From Acidimicrobiia bacterium (GTDB lineage: Bacteria > Actinomycetota > Acidimicrobiia > Spongiisociales > Spongiisociaceae), in assembly GCA_041576165.1 (NCBI GenBank), contig JBFGLM010000080.1, positions 1-15,600 of the forward strand: 15,600 nt of DNA, in the 5' to 3' direction. The position numbers and the translations under genes are program-made. The notes beneath the pieces were generated by a model that worked only from the letters and a program-made list of their open reading frames with translations, searched no databases and was not told where the DNA came from. Position 1 is the stretch's first letter. The number at the start of each line of letters is the position of its first letter. This document shows positions 1-6,085 of this stretch, piece by piece.

Positions 1-2
1 CG

Positions 3-2000
3 AAGGTGGGGGCGGGGGCGCCGATCACGGTGGATTTCGTTGTGGAGTTGACGTCGGGTGCCAATGTGGCGGCGGCGGACATCGACGTGACCGACGACGT
101 GTTGGGGGCGATCGTGGTGGCGGGGGTGCCGCAGGCCGGGGTGTCGGGTCCGGCGGGTGATGATGGTGATGGGGTGTTGGAGGTCGGGGAGACGTGGGTC
201 TACAGCTTGGCTACGTCTGCGCCGTCGCTGCCGTTGGCTCCGTTGGCTTCGGCGCCGGGCCGGTGTGCGGAGTCGCAGGCTCCGGATTCGCAGACGGTGC
301 ACAAGAACACCGCCACCGCAACGGTGGCGGGTAAGCAGAAGACCGACGCGGCGCACCTGTGTGTGCTCGACATCGACCTCGAGAAGCTCACGCAGCCGGT
401 GACGCCCCTTCCGGGTGCACTGGAGGCTCTGACGAGCCACCTCGGTGCCGACGCCGACGACCCGAACGGCGCCGACGTGCCCACAGTGAACCCGGGCGAG
501 CAGATCCGATGGAACTTCGTGGTCACCACCGGCGCCGGGGAGGTGCCGATCCCGGCTGCGGAGATCTCGGTGTCCGACGACACGATCGGCCCGATCGTTA
601 CCATCGGCTTGCCCGCGCCGGGCATCACCGGCCCGGTTGGCGACGACGGCGATGGCGTGCTGGAGCCCGGCGAGGAGTGGGTGTATACCGCCTCCGGCGT
701 GGTCGTCGACCTCAACCAGCCGCCGCCGGGCGTCACCGTGGTGCCGGGCTGTGGCGACGGGCGGCCGACGTACGAGAACATCGGCACGGTCACGGCCTTC
801 GGGCTCAGCGACAACGACCCGTCGCACTACTGCAACCTTCCTCCGCCGTTGACCATCGAGAAGCTCACCAATGGCAACGACGCCGACGACGCCAACGGCG
901 CAGACGTGCCGCGGGTGAAGCCGGCAGAGACCGTCACCTGGCGGTACGAGGTGGCCAACACGGGCACGTCCTCGCTTGTCGAGGCCGAAGTAACCGTGAC
1001 AGACAGCACGCCCGGCGTCACTCCGGTGCGCAACCCGGCGCTCGGCCCGCATGACGGCGACAACCTGCTGGAGCCAGGGGAAACCTGGGTGTACGAGGCG
1101 AGCGCTCCGGCGCTCGACCTGAGCCAGCCGCCGCCGGCCGGCACCACTGTGGTGCAGGGCTGCGGCTACACCGACGCCGCCGGCGACCCGGCGACTCAGA
1201 TGACGTACGAGAACGTGGGTCGGGTCGACTTCCCGGGCGGCTTCGCCGAAGACCCTTCGCACTACTGCAACGTGCGTATCGACCTCCAGATCGAGAAGGA
1301 TGCGATACCTGAAGAGGTGGTCGCCGGCCTGCCGTTCGACTACGAGGTCGTGGTCACCAACCTCGGGCCGTCGCCGGCGACCGACGTGGTGCTGCTCGAC
1401 CTGCTGCCGGCCCGGTGCCAGCCCGGCACCGTGGGTCCGCTCGGGCAGCCGTGCCCGGTGCAGGTGCAGACCGACCCGCCGTTCGGTGGGCTGTTCGCCG
1501 GCTTCCCGGCGTACGGGGACTGGAACGGGGACCCGAACCAGGCCAACGGCGTGAACGACGCAACGTTCCAGATCGACAACCCGGACATCGCGCCGTTCTC
1601 GGAGCGGCAGAAGCCCCAGGGTGGGGCGTTCGTCAGTGTGTCGGCCACGGGCGGCGCCATCTGCGCCTACAACCCCAGCGTGCACGGTGTCCGGTGCGAC
1701 CTGGCCAGCCTGGCGAGCGGAGCGTCGTTCACCGTGACCATCCGCATGACGATGGACCCGTTCGCCCGGGTGCGGGTGTGGAACCGGGCCTGGACGTTCG
1801 CCAACGAGACGAACGAGGGCCTCGAGCCCAACCAGACCAAGGTTCCGGGCACGCTGTGCGGCGACCTGTCGAACACCAACGGGTGGCCGGCGTTCCCGAC
1901 GGAGACGTACCCGCAGCCGGCCGGCCCGGGCTGCAACTACGCCAAGAAGAACATAGGAGTCGCGGCACCTGCGGGTGGGCTGCGTCCGCAGGTGCGCTGA
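3..2000 (+). CDS. Large repetitive extracellular protein, 5'-truncated by the window edge: three DUF7507-like Ig-fold repeats followed by a DUF11 (conserved repeat) domain
   Basis: Frame is open from the window start (AAG at 3) to TGA at 1998-2000. Three repeats carry G/HDDGDGxLExGExWVY (about 156-203, 639-686, 1050-1094), two carry DADDxNGADVP and GC...TYEN...DPSHYCN. DUF11 signature DLQIEK...VVAG..FDYEVVVTNLGPSPATDVVLLDLLP...CDLASLASGASFTVTI. Confidence 0.8.
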   Translation, partial: KVGAGAPITVDFVVELTSGANVAAADIDVTDDVLGAIVVAGVPQAGVSGPAGDDGDGVLEVGETWVYSLATSAPSLPLAPLASAPGRCAESQAPDSQTVHKNTATATVAGKQKTDAAHLCVLDIDLEKLTQPVTPLPGALEALTSHLGADADDPNGADVPTVNPGEQIRWNFVVTTGAGEVPIPAAEISVSDDTIGPIVTIGLPAPGITGPVGDDGDGVLEPGEEWVYTASGVVVDLNQPPPGVTVVPGCGDGRPTYENIGTVTAFGLSDNDPSHYCNLPPPLTIEKLTNGNDADDANGADVPRVKPAETVTWRYEVANTGTSSLVEAEVTVTDSTPGVTPVRNPALGPHDGDNLLEPGETWVYEASAPALDLSQPPPAGTTVVQGCGYTDAAGDPATQMTYENVGRVDFPGGFAEDPSHYCNVRIDLQIEKDAIPEEVVAGLPFDYEVVVTNLGPSPATDVVLLDLLPARCQPGTVGPLGQPCPVQVQTDPPFGGLFAGFPAYGDWNGDPNQANGVNDATFQIDNPDIAPFSERQKPQGGAFVSVSATGGAICAYNPSVHGVRCDLASLASGASFTVTIRMTMDPFARVRVWNRAWTFANETNEGLEPNQTKVPGTLCGDLSNTNGWPAFPTETYPQPAGPGCNYAKKNIGVAAPAGGLRPQVR

Positions 2001-2040
2001 CCCGCGCGTCCGGCTGGCACCGCTCGCGGCGACCCTCCCG

Positions 2041-2310
2041 TCAGAGGTAGTCGCTGATGCGGGACGAGTATTCGGGGAAGTAGCGCTCGATCACCGTGAG
2101 GTCGAAGCGGGACAGGATCGCCTCCTTCGGCTCCCGGTCGAGCAGGAAACGGAACGAGGCTGCGATCAGCTCCTCGGCCGAGGCGCCCCCGCCGTACCGC
2201 TCGACGTCGGCGGCGACGGCCGTGACTTCATGCGTGCTCGATGAGCCCGCCTCCGTGACGCTCACAGAGAAGGTGTCCCCGCCGACCGTGGTCACTTCGA
2301 TATCCGCCAT
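2041..2310 (-). CDS. Small hypothetical protein (89 aa)
   Basis: Protein-like ORF MADIEVTT...SFRFLLDREPKEAILSRFDLTVIERYFPEY. ATG at 2310 is preferred over 2322 because TATGGT (-10-like, 2323..2318) lies 7 nt upstream, consistent with a leaderless start. Confidence 0.8.
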   Translation of the reverse strand: MADIEVTTVGGDTFSVSVTEAGSSSTHEVTAVAADVERYGGGASAEELIAASFRFLLDREPKEAILSRFDLTVIERYFPEYSSRISDYL

Positions 2311-2460
2311 GTTCTGGACCATACCGGTGCGCCAAGCCAGCTGCGGAATCCAGGAAGAAATGTCCCGATATGCCCATCACAGTGCCCACGCGATCCATAG
2401 AATTCAGCCGTTTATAGGGGATGGCGAGCTCACCAGCTCGCATGTCTAGAAAGGTGGGAA

Positions 2461-3513
2461 ATGGGCCGTTTCAAGGTGGCGCTGGGCGTCATTGCGGTCA
2501 TCACATCAACCCTGGCCGGCGTGTCAACGGCGGCCGCCGGGACCAATCAAGTCTGTGATCCCCCCGGCGACGGAGGCGCCGACGGGCTGACATTGGCTCG
2601 AGAGACGAACGGAGACTTCGACGGCGATGGGCAGACAGACAAGGCACGGATCTACTACGACCCCAACGACAGCTGGATGGTGCTGACCCAGGTCGAGCTG
2701 GCCAACGGATACAAGACCTTCTACAAGAGCACCCAAGGGGTAGGAGAGATCGCCATCTTCTTGAAGATCCGCGACATTGATCGCGACGGTGATGACGAGC
2801 TTCTGGTCAGCATCTTCCCGATGGACGCGACGAGTCCCGTCGAGCTGTATGCGCTGGCCGGATGCAAGCTGGTAAGGGCCCACGGGACGGGAGCCGACGG
2901 GCAACCCATCGGGCTGGCCGCCGGTCCCGGCACCTTCTTCCCGATTGGCTTGGACTGTCTGTCACCATCGGCGTCCGGCAGGGGCGTCACCCAATATCAC
3001 AGCACCCCGGACCAAGACCACGTTGTCTACACCGTGGAACGGTCGGAGTACCGACTCCTCGTCGACGATGCCGGCCAGGACGCCATCCTGAAGCCGACGA
3101 GAACGACGACGACGGTCCTCAGTGAGCTGAAGCCGGCGCACGCTGCCATGCTGGATCATGCCTTCACGTTCAACTGCGGTCCGGCGCCCAAGTGTGACGG
3201 CAAGCGGGTGACGATCCAGGGAACCCCCTTCAAGGACAAGGTGGTGGGAACCGCCGGCCGCGACATCGTTGCCGCCGGCGGAGGCAACGACGTCATCGCC
3301 ACCAAGGGCAAGGCAGACCTCATCTGCGCCGGAGGCGGTCACGATCGAGTGGCCGCAGGAGCCGGCGCCGACAAGGTGCTGGGTCAGGGCGGACGCGACA
3401 CCATGAACGGCGGACGGGGCAATGACTGGCTCGACGGTGGGCCGGGTAAAGACACCGCCAATGGCGGCACGGGGGTGGACACCTGCATGGCCGAGACGAA
3501 GCAGAGCTGCTGA
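2461..3513 (+). CDS. Secreted calcium-binding protein: signal peptide, DxDxDG (FG-GAP-like) motifs, C-terminal hemolysin/RTX-type GGxGxD repeats
   Basis: AAGGTGG SD-like sequence before the ATG. Signal peptide MGRFKVALGVIAVITSTLAGVSTAAA. Motifs GDFDGDGQTD and DIDRDGDDE. Nonapeptide repeats GGGND, GGGHD, GAGAD, GGRGND, GGPGKD, GGTGVD (about 3193-3486). Confidence 0.85.
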   Translation: MGRFKVALGVIAVITSTLAGVSTAAAGTNQVCDPPGDGGADGLTLARETNGDFDGDGQTDKARIYYDPNDSWMVLTQVELANGYKTFYKSTQGVGEIAIFLKIRDIDRDGDDELLVSIFPMDATSPVELYALAGCKLVRAHGTGADGQPIGLAAGPGTFFPIGLDCLSPSASGRGVTQYHSTPDQDHVVYTVERSEYRLLVDDAGQDAILKPTRTTTTVLSELKPAHAAMLDHAFTFNCGPAPKCDGKRVTIQGTPFKDKVVGTAGRDIVAAGGGNDVIATKGKADLICAGGGHDRVAAGAGADKVLGQGGRDTMNGGRGNDWLDGGPGKDTANGGTGVDTCMAETKQSC

Positions 3514-3584
3514 CCGTCGCCGCCTTTTAGGCGGCAACGGCGCACGAGACCGAGGGCGGCGCGTGGGGGACACGCCGCCCTTGG
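3514..3584. terminator. Two tandem GC-rich hairpins right after the stop codon (putative actinobacterial intrinsic terminator without a U-tract)
   Basis: CCGTCGCCGCCT-TTT-AGGCGGCAACGG (3514-3540, 11 of 12 pairs) and CCGAGGGCGGCG...CGCCGCCCTTGG (3550-3584). Confidence 0.55.
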
Positions 3585-3593
3585 CGCCGTTTG

Positions 3594-3615
3594 TGTCACC
3601 GTCAACGCATACGTT
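3594..3615 (+). promoter_or_regulatory. Putative PafBC/RecA-NDp-type promoter giving a leaderless transcript of the RHH gene
   Basis: TGTCA (3594-3598)-N11-TACGTT (3610-3615), with ATG 7 nt downstream at 3623. Geometry matches the mycobacterial TGTCR-N11-TAnnnT motif. Confidence 0.45.
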
Positions 3616-3622
3616 GTCTGCG

Positions 3623-4006
3623 ATGCAGACAGCGAGGGTTGACAAGATGAGCATTTCAATGGACCCCGAGCTGGGGGAGCAGGCCCGGCTGGCCGCAGCG
3701 CGCTCCGGGGAGCCCCTCTCGAAGTGGATCTCCGATGCGGTGGCGGCGCGACTCCGCGTCGAGTCGTTGCGTGAGTTGCTCGCTGAGTACGAGCAGGAGG
3801 CCGGCGAGTTCACCACGGACGAGCTCGATGCCGGTGGGGTGGCGGTAGAGCGGCATGCAGCATATGGGGTGGTCAGCGACGGTGGCGACCGGCTCAACAT
3901 CGAGCTGCGTGGAGTCGGCGTCGAAACGGCTGCGCTGGAGGCCAGCGTGCGGCGCAGCGGCATGCCACATGCCGAATGGTGGTTGGGTTTGCGGGGCCTG
4001 GGGTAG
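3623..4006 (+). CDS. Ribbon-helix-helix antitoxin-like protein with an unrelated C-terminal tail; probable deletion-fusion or partial pseudogene
   Basis: VDKMSISMDPELGEQARLAAARSGEPLSKWISDAVAARLR...LLAEYEQEAGEFTTDEL resembles actinobacterial RHH antitoxins. No toxin ORF follows. The tail (AAYGVV...LNIELRGV...RRSGMPHAEWW) resembles a metallophosphoesterase C-terminus. Start chosen from the -10 position. Confidence 0.6.
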   Translation: MQTARVDKMSISMDPELGEQARLAAARSGEPLSKWISDAVAARLRVESLRELLAEYEQEAGEFTTDELDAGGVAVERHAAYGVVSDGGDRLNIELRGVGVETAALEASVRRSGMPHAEWWLGLRGLG

Positions 4007-4049
4007 GGGCTCGGATCGACTGGTCGGCAGGGGCGGCGAGGTCTAGAAC

Positions 4050-4071
4050 TGTCGTAGGGAGAAGGTAATCT
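4050..4071 (+). promoter_or_regulatory. PafBC/RecA-NDp-type DNA-damage promoter of the DUF222-HNH gene (leaderless)
   Basis: TGTCG (4050-4054)-N11-TAATCT (4066-4071), with ATG 7 nt downstream at 4079. Confidence 0.65.
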
Positions 4072-4086
4072 CGAACGTATGTTCGA
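4071..4086. promoter_or_regulatory. LexA operator (actinobacterial SOS box)
   Basis: TCGAAC-GTAT-GTTCGA is an exact match to TCGAAC-N4-GTTCGA and overlaps the predicted transcription start and the ATG at 4079. Confidence 0.85.
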
Positions 4087-5290
4087 TGTAATGGATCCTG
4101 GAAGGGTGATCGATCCGGCGGCTCGGATGGGCGCCGACGTAGCCGAATTGGCGCTAGAAGACCGCCACGGCTGGACCGGCGATGCGCTTTCGGCGCGGTT
4201 GGTCGAGCTGTTGGAGCTGCGGGAGCGGCTCGACGCCGCCGTGGTCGGGCTGGCAGGGCAGTGGCGCCACCGGCGCGGTTGGGAGGCCGATGGGGCGTTG
4301 TCGGGTGAGGCTTGGCTGGGTCATCATGCGCCGCTGGGCGCTGCTGAGGCGCGCCACCTGATGAAGACCGCCAAGCTGCTAGAAGCCGCGCCGCGGCTGG
4401 CCGACTCGCTCCATGCTGGGGAGACCACCACCGCCCACGTCGGTGCGCTTGCCCGAGTCATGTCGCCCCGTCGCCGTTCGCTGCTCGCCGAGCACGAAGC
4501 CGTGCTGCGGGAGCAAGCGGAGGTGTTGTCGATCAAGGACTTCAACGTGCTGGTGCGTCGCTGGGCGGCAGTCGCCGATGACCACTTGGCCGCAGACGAT
4601 CACGACGAGCATCAGCCGCGCAACGAGCTGAACGCCGCCGTCACCATGGACGGTTGGATCGACGGCAAGTTCAGGATGGACCCGGTCAGCGGGGCCACGC
4701 TACTCGCCACGCTCGACCATCTGGCTCCGCCGGACCCGGTCGATGCACCCGACGGTGCCCGCACTCTGGCCGGGCGGCGCGGCGATGCCCTTGCCGACCT
4801 GGCTGCCTGGTACCACCAGGGCGGCGAGCCCGGCACCAACCCGCCCAACGTCGATGTGGTCGTCGACATCGTCACTCTCAACGGCGATCCCGTTGATCTG
4901 GTACGAGGCCGCTGCGAGCTCGCCGGCATCGGGCCCATCACCCGGGCCACGCTGGAGCGTCTCGGTTGTGGTGCCACTCTGCGTCGGGTGGTGATGGCGG
5001 GGGAGTCGGTCATCCTCGACATGGGCCGCAAGGTCCGCTTCGCCACCCCGGCTCAGGCCCGCGCCATCCGTATCCGCGACCGGGGTTGCATCTTCCCGAG
5101 CTGCAACCGACCTGCCCGATGGTGCGACATCCACCATTGCGACGAGTTTGCCAACGGTGGCCACACGGATGTGGGAAGGATGTGCTGCCTGTGCCGGCGT
5201 CACCACACCCTCGTACACAACTCGCAATGGACCGTGGAGGTCAACGCGGACGGTACCTTCAGGGTCACCCACCCGGCCCGGGCGCCGTGA
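4079..5290 (+). CDS. DUF222 domain plus HNH endonuclease-like protein (13E12 repeat family)
   Basis: Helical N-terminal region typical of DUF222 (WEADGALSGEAWL...RRGDALADL). C-terminal LDMGRKVRFATPAQARAIRIRDRGCIFPSC...CDIHH...GGHTD...LCRRHH...W signature. Confidence 0.92.
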   Translation: MFDVMDPGRVIDPAARMGADVAELALEDRHGWTGDALSARLVELLELRERLDAAVVGLAGQWRHRRGWEADGALSGEAWLGHHAPLGAAEARHLMKTAKLLEAAPRLADSLHAGETTTAHVGALARVMSPRRRSLLAEHEAVLREQAEVLSIKDFNVLVRRWAAVADDHLAADDHDEHQPRNELNAAVTMDGWIDGKFRMDPVSGATLLATLDHLAPPDPVDAPDGARTLAGRRGDALADLAAWYHQGGEPGTNPPNVDVVVDIVTLNGDPVDLVRGRCELAGIGPITRATLERLGCGATLRRVVMAGESVILDMGRKVRFATPAQARAIRIRDRGCIFPSCNRPARWCDIHHCDEFANGGHTDVGRMCCLCRRHHTLVHNSQWTVEVNADGTFRVTHPARAP

Positions 5291-5485
5291 GCCTTCCTTG
5301 CTTTCGGGGAGGGGTGAGGGTTCGCTAGATCTGGCTTCTTTCTATGCTCTGCATTCGTCATGGCGTGTTGTTGTGCCGAATCGGTCCGTTACGCAGGGCG
5401 CGAAAAGAAACCTGGAGAGACGCTCGATTTTTGTATTTAGCGCGATATCCTGCCCTTGACGTTGTTTGACGATATTCGAGGCTGT

Positions 5486-6085
5486 ATGGGGGGTCGCAGA
5501 TCCTGGATCCTGTTGGTAGCCGTGACGCTTGCGGTCACGGCCTGCAACGACGCGGCGGCCGACCCGACACTGGCCACCGGCACTACGGCGCCGCCAACGA
5601 CTACGCCGCCGACCACGACGACCTCGAGCACTACCACCACCGCTCCGCCGCCGACCACGACTGAGAATCCCGACGCGAGGTTTCAGGAGATTCAGCGGTT
5701 AGCTGAGGCGACATTCGTTGGGCGCCTGAACGCCATCTACCACGGCGATGCCCAGGCGCTACTGCAATGGATGGGGTCTCAGAAGGCATACGACGATTCC
5801 GTCGCGCTATTTGATCAGGGGATCTTCATCGATGAGCCGACGGCCGAGAACGTTGGCTTCGCAATCGAGGAGATACTCCTTGATCGCCCGGACTGCATCG
5901 TGGCTCGGAGTACGGCGAACACTATTGGCGTGGTTGATGGGGCGACCGGGGAGAGCACCGTGATCTCTGTGTATTGGCCAAGTGAATCGGGTGTGCTGCT
6001 TGACGCTGCAGTCTGGCAGCAAGGCACTCCGCGCTCTCAGTGGATTGAGGAGTGTGATATTGCGGTTCGGGGTGTGACGCCGTGA
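5486..6085 (+). CDS. Uncharacterised lipoprotein with Thr/Pro-rich linker
   Basis: MGGRRSWILLVAVTLAVTA-C lipobox, then TTAPPTTTPPTTTTSSTTTTAPPPTTT, then a globular domain with two Cys. The stop overlaps the next start (GTGA, 6082-6085). Alternative TTG start at 5456. Confidence 0.8.
   Translation: MGGRRSWILLVAVTLAVTACNDAAADPTLATGTTAPPTTTPPTTTTSSTTTTAPPPTTTENPDARFQEIQRLAEATFVGRLNAIYHGDAQALLQWMGSQKAYDDSVALFDQGIFIDEPTAENVGFAIEEILLDRPDCIVARSTANTIGVVDGATGESTVISVYWPSESGVLLDAAVWQQGTPRSQWIEECDIAVRGVTP

Noticed and set aside
2424-2441. Inverted repeat GCGAGCT-CACC-AGCTCGC in the leader of the secreted protein gene
   Set aside because: A single 7-bp stem with no riboswitch consensus or second copy; too little to assign a function.
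3422-3622. N-terminal extension of ORF 3422..4006
   Set aside because: It overlaps the previous gene and the terminator hairpins. The RHH-like sequence and the -10 position both point to ATG 3623.
3835-3925. Tail of the RHH ORF read as a PIN toxin remnant (VVSDGGD resembling VTSDxxD)
   Set aside because: Only a weak local resemblance. The following IELR...SGMPHAEWW fits a phosphoesterase C-terminus better, and I recognised no PIN N-terminal motif.
2962-3963. 333-aa minus-strand ORF, and similar long shadow ORFs (7852..8712, 10996..11799, 11175..11933, 6037..6762)
   Set aside because: They overlap well-supported genes, have low-complexity Arg/Pro/Ala or antisense-type composition, and show no motifs. 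Such ORFs are expected in high-GC DNA.
4079-5290. DUF222-HNH gene as an IS or IscB/omega-RNA element
   Set aside because: No RuvC or PLMP motifs, no terminal inverted repeats or target duplication, and only 72 bp of upstream spacer, part of it promoter.
5456-5478. TTGACG direct repeat (5456, 5466) and TATTCG as a promoter for the lipoprotein gene
   Set aside because: The spacing does not give a valid -35/-10 pair and the hexamer lacks the final T.
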